Of a stretch of DNA of 64,000 nt, positions 1 through 12,327 are shown piece by piece. Position numbers and translations under genes: made by a program. The stretch covers positions 310,001 to 374,000 of the forward strand of contig LSRY02000014.1 of NCBI GenBank assembly GCA_001643675.2, written 5' to 3'. Origin of the DNA: Monocercomonoides exilis PA203. Lineage: Eukaryota; Protista; Preaxostyla. The notes under the pieces were generated by a model. It was not told the origin of the DNA and searched no databases. It saw nothing but the letters and a program-made list of their open reading frames with translations. How positions within the stretch are numbered: position 1 is the first letter of the stretch; each line of letters begins with the position of its first letter.

Positions 1-369
1 CTGCTGGTGAACAAGAAGATGGGAGCGACAAAGGAGTCAGTGGCATTCTCAATTGGGATGATGGTGTGGGAGTGTCTGACGCTGGAGGTTCCGTTTGGGG
101 AGTATGGAGCAGAGGTGGCGGGGCAGAAGATTGTGAATGGGGAGAAGCCGGATGTGAGGAGGGTGTGCGGGAGCAGCTTGGCGGGTGTGGTGAAGGGGTG
201 CCTGTCGCAAGACTGGGGGCAGCGGCCGAGTGTGAACGAGCTGAAGCGGGAGTTTATTGTGCGGTTTCCGAAAGGGGCAGCAATCATGACGATGACAGAC
301 GCGATCTGTGTTCGGGAAGAGTCCATGGCTGGGCTGAACAGAAGCATGATGAGCGAGTCGGAGGAGTGA
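1..369 (+). CDS. 3' end (partial, runs off left edge) of a giant receptor-like protein with a degenerate tyrosine-kinase-like C-terminal domain; paralog of 24627-33590
   Basis: Translation LLVNKKMGATKESVAFSIGMMVWECLTLEVPFGE...CLSQDWGQRPS...SESEE* is almost identical to the C-terminus of the 2987-aa ORF and resembles kinase subdomains IX-XI. Confidence 0.85.
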   Translation: MLVNKKMGATKESVAFSIGMMVWECLTLEVPFGEYGAEVAGQKIVNGEKPDVRRVCGSSLAGVVKGCLSQDWGQRPSVNELKREFIVRFPKGAAIMTMTDAICVREESMAGLNRSMMSESEE

Positions 370-1124
370 GAGGATGTGGATTGGAAATTTGCAAGCAGGA
401 GAGCAAAAGAGCAGGAGAGCAATGAAAATGAGACAATGAAGACAATGCAAGGTGTTTTTGCCATTCACAACAACATCCTCCAAAAATAGAGCATCGAGAG
501 GAATTTGGCAAGAGGAATGCAAAAGGAGGATGATTGAAAGGGAAATGGCTGTTGGGGCAGAAGCCTTTGAGAGGAATGGACATGGTGAAAGGAGGAGAGA
601 TGAAGTGATGCACCCTCTCAAAAAAAGAGTCGGAATGAAAAGATGAGCTGGATTTGTTTGAAGGAAGTGAGCCAACTTTGTGGAATGGAGTTGAGGAGAG
701 TTTTGTTTTTCTGTCAGATTTTCAACACAAATTATTTTATTGTTTTTTCATTTTTCGTTTTTGTTTGCTTTTCAAAGTTTGTTGTGGAGCAGCATGATTT
801 GCGAGTTGTGCTGCCTGTTTGAGTTCTGATGCGATGTTGATTTGAGACAATTAATCTTTGAATATTTCCTTCCACTTTTCTTCTTTTTCTTTGTTGTTGT
901 TATTGCTGTTGTTGTGTTTGAATGGAGTTTGTCACGAAGTGATTTGTGAACAAAAACTGCTGGGCATTGTTCGTTATGGGATGCTTTTTCCTCAATCAGT
1001 TTCTCCTTGTCAGTTTTTGAATGCACATTGATTTTTCGATGGATTTCACAATCCACTTGGCTGATGAGACTCAAAAAATATCCTATCCCATGTCATTTAA
1101 TCCATCATAGAAAACAAAAGAAAA
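1..1124 (+). repeat. Repeat copy 1: receptor-pseudokinase 3' CDS plus ~755 bp of 3' flank
   Basis: Reverse complement aligns by eye to 23976-24995 plus 19451-19585 (copy 2, split by DIRS element B). Similarity ends abruptly after AAAACAAAAGAAAA. Confidence 0.9.
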
Positions 1125-1388
1125 TACTCAGAACAGAGACTTCCAATAATTTTTTTTTCTCAATTCAAAACACAAAAGAAAGAAGCTTCACTGCTTTAAA
1201 GATGAAAATATCTCAACTGTTTTTTATGAATGACTTTTCCCTCACGTTCAAGAAAAATAATCAAATGATTAAGGAAAAAGACAGTTTCGTTTTTTATTGA
1301 CAAACAAAATCCATATTCAAAAAAGATAAAAAATATGAGTTTTCTCGCAATCAAAAGCTAAATAATGTGGTTGTTCCGTTTCGAAATT

Positions 1389-1556
1389 ATTCTTTCGTTC
1401 GAGTTTTGATCAAAATTTTTTCTCAATGGAAACACGTATTTTTGTTTTTCTCTGAAGACTATTTTGAAATTCGTGTTCGTGGGATTTCAGCACTTTTTCC
1501 CATTAATCCCATTGAGAAATAAATTTTTTTTTTGATCAAAACTCGAACGAAAGAAT
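1389..1556. repeat. Inverted repeat / small MITE-like hairpin
   Basis: Perfect 27-bp arms ATTCTTTCGTTCGAGTTTTGATCAAAA (1389-1415) and its reverse complement (1530-1556), plus an inner pair TTTCTCAATGG/CCATTGAGAAA. Confidence 0.8.
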
Positions 1557-1588
1557 GTTTCAAAAAGGAACTGCCAAATATCTTTGAA

Positions 1589-4500
1589 CTACCAACTTAC
1601 TGGCTCAAGCAATTTTCGATCGGGTTGAGTGAGACCTGATATTTTTCCAAACGAAACAACTGAACACTTTGAATCTCTTCCGAACAGATGAAACTACAAA
1701 TGATTTTCGATATAATAACCAAATGATTGTCTAACAAAATTTCTCATTGAAAAAACAAACCCCAAAAACGGTTTCCTTCGGAACATTACATAAATACAGT
1801 TTCTGAAGACTTCCATTAACATAAAAATGTGCCTGCGATACTTTTTCACTGCGGTTGAAGGGGATATCGACTTCAATAGTGATAATGTCTCCTGCATCGA
1901 ATATTTTCATTCCAGGTGTAATATGACCTCGATGTGCAATGCATCCACTGCAAAGAAAAATTTGAGAAATTATAATATTTTAGCAAATTTGAAGTTGGGA
2001 AAAGCAAAACAAAAATAACGTTAATTGAAATTTTTTGAAGAAAAAAAGTGTAAAAAATTTGATCGACGTAATAATAATCAAAGTTTGTGCGTACCTGCTT
2101 TGATATCCAAATGAATTATTATCCTCGCCAAGCCGAAAACGTTTTTCGAGCAGAGAACTCCTTCTCATTAATCCAAAGCCAACAATAATTTGTGGTTTCA
2201 TATCAAAACGTACAGAACTTGCAAAAGAATGAATCCCAAGAAGACAGATTATATTCCATAACGATTATAATAATATTAGAATTAAAATAAACAAACAAAA
2301 TATTTATGAAACAGAAAAGAGAAAAGGCGTATTCATACCACTTCCAGCAGCCCTAAATCAGAGTATCATTCAGAATGGAAATAATGTATTGCATGTCATA
2401 GTTGTTTGAATAAATATCATGAAAATGTTTTGCCGCATAAAAATAAAATTACCGAAAAAAAGAAATTAATAAATGAAAGCTTCAATCAAAATTTGGAAAT
2501 GAATTGTTTTCTTTTTTTCACACCGCTTTTAATGGAACATCAATGATAGTCAAAACGTTCTTGTCAGATGACAAGCAAGTTACTCTGTTTTCATCCAAAA
2601 GAGTCAAAGATGAACAATTTGGATGAGACATTAACTTGAATTCTGAAGATAACAAATTTTGTTGATTCTCTTCGCTATCTTTTGATTCTGATAACTCTTC
2701 AATTTTCTCTTCGTTTCTCAAAAAGTTAACTGATGAAGAAGATGATGAAGGAGAAAAGGTCGGAGTAGAAACTGATTGAGATGATGGGCGATAAATAAAC
2801 TGGGAGGAATCCTTTTTAATTTTTATGGATTGTTTTTTCTGTTTTGCATGTTTCTTTTGCACATTTTCAGGAATTGTGCTTGAAGATGATGAGTCAGAAG
2901 AATTTGCTGTGTTTGAGTTCTTTTTTATTGAATGTCTGAAAGATTCTGATGGTGGAGGTGGTGGAGGAGACAAAGAAGCAGAAGAAAAAGATGGATCTGG
3001 TGAAGAAGAAGAAGAGGAAGAGGAAGAAGAGGAAGAGGAAGAAGAAGATGAGGAAGAAGAAGATGAGGAAGAAGAAGATGAGGAAGAAGAAGATGAGGAA
3101 GAAAAAGATGAGGAAGATGAGGAAGAAGAGGAAGATGATGATGATGATGATGATGATGAAGAGGAAGAAGATGAAGTTGATGAAGCAGCAGAAGAAGGCC
3201 ATGAAAATGGCTGCTTGGTTGCAGAGTCATCACAAAATGACGGCGAAGCCCATTCAACATCAACTGAACTTGAAGAGTCTTCCCATGAAGAAGAAGAGGA
3301 AGAGGAAGAGGAGGAAGAAGAAGGCCATGAATAAGGCTGATGGGAAGCGGAGTTATCGCGAAATGAAGGCGATGCCCATTCAACTTCAACTGTCGAAGTT
3401 TCTTTTGGTTTCTGTTTGGATATCGATTGCTTCTGATTTTTTTCATTCTGAGAGGATTTGCTGGACTTCTTGCTTTTTGGCAGATTGGACTTATCACAAG
3501 GAGAAGCTGATGCGTCTTTAGCAGACAAATATCGCATTGTAGTTAATGTCGACGATGATGATGATGAAGACGATGACGATAATGACAATGATATTGGTGA
3601 ATGTGAAGTCGGCAGAGATAGCAAAGAAGAGGAAGGATTTTCTATGCTCTTTGAGTCATCAGGTTGAGAAGCATTGTTTGATATTGTTTTCGCAGTTGTT
3701 GAACTGGTGGATTGTTTTGGTTTTTTCGAATCTTTCGAATCTTTCACTCCTTTTGATCCTTTTGATCCTTTTGGTTCTTTTTCTGCTTTTGAAACTTTTG
3801 ATTCCTTTGACTCTTTTGATTCTTTTAACCCTTTCTCAGCCTTTACTACTTTTGTATCACTTGATCCTTTAGAATCTTTCAACTCTTTTTGTTCTTTTTC
3901 TGCTTTTTCTGCTTTTGATCCTTTCGAATCGTCAGATTCTTTTGGCTCTTTCGGCTCTTTTGCAGCAGATGCCGATGTTTTGGGTGAATTGTCTGATTTT
4001 TTGTTTGTTTGTTTGTCAGACTGAACATGTGACAAAGGAGAAGGCACAGTCAATCTGTTTAAAGCAGATGAAGAAGCAGACTGTGGAGAGGACGATGAAA
4101 TTGTACTTGCAACTGTTTTCTTTGAAGTTTTAGTGGCTAAAGCATTTGAAAAAGTTGTTGAAAAAGATGAAGCAGATGAAGAAGGCCATGAAAATGGCTG
4201 CTTGGTTGCAGAGTCATCACAAAATGACGGAGAAGCCCATTCAACATCAACTGAACTTGAAGAGTCTTCCCATGAAGAAGAAGAAGAAGAAGGCCATGAA
4301 TAAGGATGATGGGAAGCGGAGTTATCGCGAAATGAAGGCGATGCCCATTCAACTTCAACTGTCGAAGTTTCTTTTGGTTTCTGTTTGGTTGCTGTCTGTT
4401 TTTGCGCTTTTTCATTTTTTGAATCCTTTTTTGGCTTCTCTTTCAACTTTTGGTTTTCTCTTTTGTTGAGAGATTTCGAAGATAAGCTCTTGTCAGTTGA

Positions 4501-6473
4501 GGTTGAGGAGGATGCAGCTGACGTCGATTCAGCTGTTTTATTCTGAGCAGAAGCTGAAGACGAGGAAGAAGCTGAAGATGGAGATAAAGATTGAGTTGCA
4601 GTCATTGCAGCTGATTTCGATTCTGATTGATTTGTTGAAGATGTTGGTATTTGACTATCTTTGCTCTCATCTTCTTCTGTCTTTTCACTTATTTTTGCCT
4701 TTTCTCTTGTCTGTTTTGCAGATGATTCATCATCGCTTGCAAGAGACAATTTTTCTGTTGATTTTTTGGGCGAAGATGACAAGTCTCCAGGTTGCTGTTT
4801 CTTGGACTTTTTTGGCTGGTTTGTCATCTTTTTAACGGAAGCACTCGAATTATTCATTGAAGATTTTTCCTGATTGGGCAGTTGCTTGTTCCGTGAATGC
4901 GATGCAGTTGTTGCAGAGGCAGAAAGCAGAGAAGAAGCAGATGCTGACGCTATTCCCATTTCATTGGATCGAGCTAATTTCAGCATGCCACTCGAACCAT
5001 TAGAACCTTTGAGCATGCATTCTTCAAGTAATATTTCCAGTTCTTTGTTTCTTTCTCTGATGGAATCGTAAAGCTCTTCATACTCTTCAATCAATTCGTA
5101 AGCATATTTCAGTTTATTCTCCAACCTTTCTTGCTCAGCAAGTCTCTCACGCAATTCGTTGTTGATCTGTCGGAGTTTGAATGCTTCTCTGTCTGCTTTG
5201 TTCTTCCGCATCAGCAGAACCTCAACAACATTTTTAATTTCACAAACATCACGAAGTGTTTCGTTTAAGAGGTCGTCACATTTTTCTTCTTTCTGATCTT
5301 TTCCCTCTGTTGTTTCTCCGTTTTCTTCCTCACTTTTTGAGCTTTTTTCTGCAAAATCCTGAGCACAATTAAATCCTTCAGTTTTCAATTTTCTTCCTGT
5401 TGCCAATCTCTCCGTCACACAAGGAAAAGCAAGAATATCGACTAAATCTGTTGAATCACCTGAAGAAGAGGAAAGAAGCATTTTGACAATTGTGATGATG
5501 CTTTTGTCAACAGACGGCGGGAATGCTTTCTCCAAAGATGCTTCGGTTATCTCTTCAAAAGATATGCCCAATTCTTGTGGTGATGAAGAATTCAATGAAC
5601 ACAGCTCAAACAAGACTTTTCCCAGCTGCCTAAGATCGGTCTCATGAGCCAACAATGAAACGGAAGATTCTGAAGATGAAGAGGCAGATGAAAAATTAGA
5701 AAGTTCTTCTGATGCCTCATTCGAATAAAAGCACAAAATTGATCCAAAATCAAAATCTGAATTAGTTATTGATTTCTTGATTTGGAATTCGCCTTTTTCA
5801 TAATTTGGTCAAAGAAAATGCGAATGAAACAACAGGGAAAACCAGATAAAATGAAGTCAATATTTACTGGTTGCACACCTAGTTTAACGTGCCCGTCAGG
5901 CATCATCACAATATTCTTCAAATTTATGTTTTGGTGTTTTAAATCTGCCTTAAAATATTCAAAAAGTGCAAGTATGAGATCAGTTATAATTATCCAAAGC
6001 TCCTAAGCAAGGGAAATTACAAAAATAAGTCATTGAACATCAAATTGAAAATTTGTAATGACTTTCAAAGCTCCAACCTCGTTTGTGTAAAAACGCTTTT
6101 CTTTTTTTCTCTGTTTCATATCGTTGTAAAGGCAAGCTCCGTTGCAGTATTCCATGGCAATGTACAATTCATCGTCATTAACAAAAAATGAATCATATAT
6201 TTTTAAAATGTGTGGGCTTCGAATTCGCTTGGCTTCGGAAAGTTTCCTTCTAACAAGTGTATTTTGGAAAAAGAGCACATTTTCCATATAAAAATGCTTT
6301 AGAATTCGCATTTTCTGGTTCTTTATTTTTAAAGCTTCATAGACAGCACATTCTTCAGAGGAACATAAAAACTTGATATTTGTGTCTAAAGGGATAAAAA
6401 AATTTCAACACATTTCACTCAAAATTCTGGATTATTAAATATTAACAAAATACACACATCCATTTATTTCCAT
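1589..6473 (-). CDS. NEK-like pseudokinase + coiled coil + Ser/Lys-rich linker + C-terminal SPRY/B30.2-like domain; 8 exons (6458-6473, 6078-6385, 5879-6002, 2524-5792, 2339-2352, 2095-2217, 1761-1947, 1589-1693)
   Basis: GT-AG splicing by hand gives a continuous frame: MEINGYTNIKFL...HILKIYDSF...LYIAMEYCNG...KHQNINLKNIV...HVKLGEFQ (kinase fold, HRD and DFG degenerate) ... GCWKCSVRFD...LGEDNNSFGYQSSG...AGDIITIEVD...HFYVNG...NVPKETVFG...VSW* (SPRY-like). Confidence 0.7.
3190..4390 (-). repeat. Intragenic duplicated module (~3190-3418 and ~4180-4388), each with two VEWASPSF...PxSWPSS sub-repeats; KEPKES/KDSK short repeats between them
   Basis: Near-identical nucleotide blocks and peptides KQKPKETSTVEVEWASPSFRDNSASH.PYSWPS...VDVEWASPSFCDDSATKQPFSWPSS occur twice in the ORF. 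Confidence 0.9.
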
Positions 6474-6969
6474 TTTCGATATTTGTTGTTTATCCTTTAA
6501 TAAAAAATTAACATAGTGATCTAATATGTTATTTTTTTATTAAGTGCTCGATTTTCAAGTTTTAACTCATCTCATTTTATGAATCATTTTTGTGATTTTA
6601 CGAATAGTAATGTGTGTGTGATTCAAATGAATGTTAAAAAGAATAGAAATAATTGTCAAGTTCGTTTGAAATTTGAATTTTGTTTCTGTGAACAAAAATA
6701 TTCTTTAAAAACTATTTCCAAATTATTATTAAAGATTTCAAAAATAAAATATCATGTAATTTCCGATTTACGCTCGCATTCTTTCTATATTTATTAACAG
6801 AAAAAGTCAGTGAAAAGAAAAAATTTTACGAAAAATACAAAAAAAATATTTCATTATTTTGAAAAATTTCCAAAGAAAATTTTGAACTTCAAAAACTTGT
6901 CAAAATAAAGTATAATAATCGTATTTTAAATGCTTGTTAAGTTGAAATATTGCCCTCACATTTTATAAT

Positions 6970-6970
<1 letters not shown>

Positions 6971-7018
<48 letters not shown>
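6971..7018. repeat. Poly(T)48 / poly(A) tract
   Basis: Uninterrupted T run seen directly. Confidence 0.9.
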
Positions 7019-7019
<1 letters not shown>

Positions 7020-8888
7020 TGAAAATTTGTTTGAAAAGTCTTTGATAAAATATTTGATCATGGAAATTTGAATCAAAATATGTTTGCCAATGGTTAATTT
7101 GCTGCCCATAATTTTTTGAAAAACAAAATTATTTATGGACAGGGTGATTCTATTTAATTTCATAATTTTTCTGTCAGAAATTTCGAATCAACAACTTGTC
7201 TCAAATTCCGAGAAATTTCTTGAATCTTTTTATGAAAGTCAGAAATTTTTTTCTCTGTATTTCGATGACAACATGCTTTTGACAGACAATAATTTAAAAG
7301 CATTTGTCTCTTCTTTTCAAAATTCTTTTGCAAATAACTGTGAATTAGTAAATAACACAAACCCCGAATACTTATATGATTTCAAAAATAATCACCCAAC
7401 CATTTTTTTGTAAGTCGAAAATGTTGAAATAACAGTTTTTTCTGAATTTCTCATTTATTGATCAGTTTTAATAGACAACTCTTCAAATTATTCCATGGAA
7501 TAAATAAAAACATGTCATCGTTGTTCCCTTGAATTAGTGTGTGCAGAAGAGAAATGGAGAGTGTGCATTGAAAAAATAGATAATAAAATGAGATGTTCAG
7601 TTAAAACAGAAAATATACACATTACGTTTTTCAAAAAGAAAAATGCATTAATGAAAATTTTTTTCGATAGTCATTTATGTATTATTTTCATTTTTTCCTG
7701 AAAATTGAACAAAATGAACTTATCAAAAAAATAAAAGCATGACAAATTATAAAAAAAAATCAAACAAACCAACCATATTTATAAATCAAAATGAAATTTG
7801 TTTTGTTGTTGTCATTAAAATTTAAATATTTTTTGAAATTTCTTTTTTGTATCTGTTTCAAATTCGGAATTTTTGCATTGATTCAATATCGCAATTTTGA
7901 AAATAAGTTAATTGTCAAAATCTGTGTCTCTTGTGACATATCACATTTAAAGAATTTGAACAAATGACCTTGAAACTGATAATTTCGATCAGGAAAAAAG
8001 TTGATAATTGAACCGTTCTTAATAAAAATTATTTTTTGTTACAAAAATCATTTTGTTTTGATAAAACAATAATAAAATCAAAAGTCTTTGGAAATAAATT
8101 TAAATCTTCCAAATTTATTGACATTTCAGCAATGACGCTTTCAAAAAATGGTTTCGTTTTGATTCGAACACAATAACTTTTCCTTATCATTTAAAAATTT
8201 TGGAAATTTTTCTTTGGAGTACTCGTTTTTATTTATAATTTTTAAAAAAATTTTTTATATTGTTCTCATTATCGTTCCACAATTATTCTTTTGAATTCAA
8301 ATAAATGAATAAAAATTAAATGACATACTAATTTTCGCGGAGAAAAATCTATCTACAACACCTCTTTATTAAGGGAGTGAGCTCTGCATTATGGGCTCAG
8401 CCGGTCACAAAAGTGATGTGTTCAAATGGATGAAGTGTTAAAATAACATTACAATAAATATATTCTGTGCCTAATGGCATACTGAGGCGTTGCAGGGATT
8501 GGCAATTGTCTTTGGCTCGGCTTGGGACGTAGTTTTGGCATTTTGTAAACGGCGCTCGATTTAGGCATCGGCAACAGCACACGGCTATCCGCATAGGCTC
8601 TTTGTATTGGCTAGCTGTTCACGTTCTTGGTATTCCTTTGGTGTGGCTTTATCTTTGGCTTGTTCTGTTGATTTCATCAATGATATCTGTGTTATTTTGA
8701 CTCAATTAATTTCATTGTATTTCTTTCTCCTTGAATATCTCTTCCATTATTCCAGGTTGTGAATTATTATTTAAAGGTCTTGGCTTGGGAAAATTACTGG
8801 AATGATTGGACCACGTCCGTTCGGTGGAACATAATTTATTTAAAACACGAAGTGTGAAGCGGAGGGAGGAGCTATGCTCTGGGAGGGA

Positions 8889-8990
8889 AAAGAGGTGTTG
8901 TAGATAGATTTTTCTCCGCGAATTAAAGTACAAAGTACCTTAATTCTAGAGAAAAACCGTTATCTACAACACCTCTTTATTAAGGGAGTG
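8889..8990. repeat. Internal complementary region (ICR) of element A
   Basis: 8889-8922 is the reverse complement of 8334-8367 and 8923-8990 is the reverse complement of 13087-13154, joined as ...CCGCGAA|TTAAAGTAC... Confidence 0.95.
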
Positions 8991-11900
8991 TTCATAGTTG
9001 GGCAAATCTTTGCATTTACATATTTCAGTGCGTATATCAGTCCTATCTGTCTCTGGTTCTCCTCTGGTAATTTCTGGTTCATTCCTCTTTGCAGTATTAT
9101 TGTCCTCTGGCTCTTCAACACTCGTTGGAAATATTATCGCTTGATTAGGCTGTGTCGCTGGAAAAGTTTGCTGCGATGGAAGATCTGGGGAAGGCGCTTG
9201 TGTAGAAAAAGGTTCGGCTGTTGAATCCGCGTGATTAAGTGGTTGAAGCGGAGGAAGACCAAACATTATGGTTGTTGTTTGCTGAGTGGCACAGAAGGGA
9301 ATGCCCTCTATCTGTTTTGAAATGCAGCTCTTCTCAACAACTGTGCTTTCATCTTGTTGGGAGCTATCTTCCTCTGAGGCAAGGAGTGCGCGGGCCATCC
9401 GGTTTGCCAGGTTCGCTTTGTAGTATGATCTGGACGGAGTGTGAGCAGTTGTTGATAGGCGTGCGTGTTTGGCGATGCACACCTCCGGGACACCACTTGA
9501 TGCTAGCTTGGATATCGATGCGTGCTTAATCGTATATGGTCTGTATTCGTCAGGAACTCCTGCTTTCCGCAAACCTATTCTAGCAAGCGTTCTTATCCCC
9601 TTTGCAGTTAACGGTGTATGGTGCGTTGTATTAAGAAGGAACGTATCTCTATTTTCATACGTTGCTTTGACTCTCTCCCAAAGGGTGTGAATAGCTCTTG
9701 CAGGACATATTCGTTTGTGAACCTCCTCCAGGCATGGAACAGTAATGTATTCCCTGGATCTGGAAGTCTTAAGTCTTGTGGATAGATAAATCGCATCACT
9801 TTCGAATATTGAGTTAGCCATTGATATCTGCTCAAGCTCATGGAATCGACATGAAGTGAACAGCATAACAAGCAAACTGCACTTCACAGTCAGGTCAAAA
9901 AAAGAAAGATACTCGTTCAGCCCGTAGTTCTCGTAATATGACAGCACGATGTCGGGGCTCCACATCTTTGTGTACGGCTTTCGATGGGTTTGGGAAAATG
10001 AAAACGATCTGAATATTGTGCTTATTAAACTAACTTTACTCAAGTCCTTACCATATACCGTCTTGGAAAAGAGTGAAATCGCTGACCGTGTAGCACACAG
10101 GCATGAATATTTACCACCTTTGTCTCTCATGGATAGTAGACAATTTGCACAATCCATTGACCATTCATCGAAATATTTCGGGAACGGCCCCAGTTTCAAC
10201 TCTTCCCATTCCCTGCTGAAGTGTGCAAAGCCAAATGTGTATTGATTCCATGTGGACTTTGCTATGCTCTCCTTCGTAACGGAAATGATCCTATCCGGGA
10301 CTCCGCAGATCCTGAGGCTTTTCCACCACCATTCTTCTCCAACTTCTCTTACCAATTGATTGTTACTGCCATGTATCCCCCGGGAGGCAGTGCTGCACCC
10401 GTTCTCCTCAGGCCTGCTCCCGGGATTAAAACCGCTTTCGAGTTCCTCCAAACGTAATGTTGAGACATCATCTCTTCCAGTAAGTTGCTCCATATCTGAT
10501 TCCTCCATGCCGGAAGAAGGATGATTGCTCTCGCTCTCTCTGCTTTTGCTTTCTTGAGACTCGGAAGAATCAACGGAATGGGAGGGTGAATGAGCATTGT
10601 GTTCCTTGTCCAATCTGCCGTGAGACCATCTTGAGCGAACGGACTTCCTGGACCATACCATATCTCCTTCCTCTTGTTTCCTTCGTTTGCGAAACCGTCT
10701 ATCTCTGCTATCACTCCGAGAGCCCTCTCCGCTTCCTTCAGACATTGACTCCTTATCATATAATCTCCTGCGGCCTCCAACCTGGACAATGCGTCTGCGG
10801 TTGTGTTTTTCTCCCCCTGGAATGTGGATTGCTGTCATCGTCAATTTCATCGACTGACATGTGGCCTTGATCTTTCTCAATAACGGCAGGAGGTTGGGTC
10901 CCGCACCCCACCTGTTGATGTTGAACACTACACTGGTGTTGTCGGAACGGAGAAGGATCTTGCACACATGGTTGTGAGTGATTTGTGATGAAAAATTGTT
11001 GAGAGCCAATAAAACTGCAAGGAGCTCCTTGAAATTGGATGTTTGGAGCCTTGTGATGTTGCTGAACTGTTTGTGAAAGTGAAATCTCTCTCCTCCAACT
11101 GCCAAGGTCGCTCCGCAAGCCCAAGGGGAAGCATCTGTCGTTAATATGGCGTCGGGCTTCGAGAAGTCCACCAGTTCTCTGATGTAATTCTCCTTGAGCC
11201 TTTGAATCCAGATGTCCAATTGTCTTTTTATGCTGCTGTTCAAGAGAACCGCTCCTTCCCAGCCATCTTTCTTGACCTGCTTGTTCAGTAAATGGTACAT
11301 TTTGTTCATGTATAAAGAGGCGTCTTTGTACACGAACCGTGCGGCGCTGAGCTGACCTATGAATGAAGCGAAGTCTCTCGTTTTTGCAAAGCTGCTCTTC
11401 CTCACCCTCTTCATCCATTTGATACACTCTTTCCTCAGTTCCCTGCGTCTCTGTTGTTCCATTGAGACAACCATCCGGCTCGTATTCCACGTCCATCCGA
11501 GATAGTTGAAGTTCTTCTTGGGGAAGAACTCGCTCTTCTCCCTGTTGATGATTAAGCCCAACTGTTGAAACCACTCGACAATTTCTTGTGTTGCCAACTT
11601 CAGCTTGACTTGATCTGGATCCAGCAATAGGACATCGTCCAAGTAGGAAATGCACCTCACCTTCCATCTTCTTCGGATTTCTTGCGAAACTTTTCTCATG
11701 ACTTTCGTGAAAATTCTCGGTGCGTCTTTGAATCCGAAGGGCATGCCTTTGAACCCGTAGAATCTCTCTTCGAACTTGAAGGCTAGGAATGGGGTGAATT
11801 CCTTGTGAACTGGGATCAGGAAATAAGCCTGAGATAGATCTAGTGAGGTTGCGAAATCTCCCTTTTGGATCAGTCTCTCCACAGTGCGATGGTCTTCCAT

Positions 11901-12327
11901 TTTGAAATGAATATCTTTCAGTGCGGAATTGAGTGCACGGCAATCGAGGATTTGACGGAACTTCCCTGTCTTTTTCTTTATGAAAAATATGTTGTTCAAG
12001 CAACAGACCTCTCCTTCTTGTAACTGTGTTAATATATCTGTCCTGAGTCCTTCTTGAATCCATTCTGAACAAGCCTCTTTTTCCTCTGTGCCACCCAGGA
12101 AGCCTTTGCCTTTCATCTTTTCCTGTTTCAACCTGTCCCTTGCAGCTCTCCCCTTCCAAATCGGTCTTATCCCGTCTTTTATCCAATTGGTCACTCCGAT
12201 CTTCTTCCATTCCTCGGCAAAGGCTTGGGTGCGGCCCCCTACTTTCTCCGAAAAAAATTGCTTCTTGATGCTGCACGTGTTGATCTTCCAGTTCCCGAGC
12301 TTGTAGATCTAGATTTCCATGAACCAA
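8964..12327 (-). CDS. Element A tyrosine recombinase ORF; long N-terminal part overlaps RT in another frame; broken by the same frameshift
   Basis: The 10756-12327 ORF joins the 8964 frame after the 1-bp correction. YR motifs SCRFHEL, RLKT, CPARA, YTIKHAS, SYY. Confidence 0.8.
10349..12257 (-). CDS. Element A RT - RNase H - Dam-like methyltransferase ORF, interrupted by +1 in the C5 run at 10813-10817
   Basis: VGGR N-terminal motif, LDLSQAY, MPFG, YLDD (RT); TDAS, ELLA, SDN (RNase H). Removing one base gives HIPGEKNTTADALSRLE, joining the 10349-10789 ORF (IDGFA...DGL...HPPIPLI; MT). Confidence 0.85.

Noticed and set aside
1030-1124. Helitron-type 3' end for the receptor cassette
   Set aside because: No CTRR terminus with a properly spaced GC-rich hairpin at the homology boundary.
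2825-4873. Poly-Glu/Asp, poly-Lys/Met and Phe-rich ORFs overlapping the pseudokinase gene
   Set aside because: Antisense or alternative-frame shadows of TCT/TCA serine repeats.
7135-7413. 92-aa ORF next to the poly(T) tract
   Set aside because: AT-rich, no motif and no convincing splice partners; cannot be supported as a gene.
8413-8888. Possible extra ORF between the ICR and 3' ITR of element A
   Set aside because: Only short ORFs in any frame, with no recognisable motif.
8334-8990. Repeated TATCTACAACACCTCTTT units as a CRISPR array or Ngaro/PAT split direct repeats
   Set aside because: Orientation and content are fully explained by DIRS ITR + ICR; there are no spacers or cas genes.
8964-12194. 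Apparent natural RT-RNaseH-recombinase fusion protein (1076 aa)
   Set aside because: Caused by one extra base in a C5 run. Correction restores HIPGEKNTTADALSR-MT and a separate YR ORF, matching element B.
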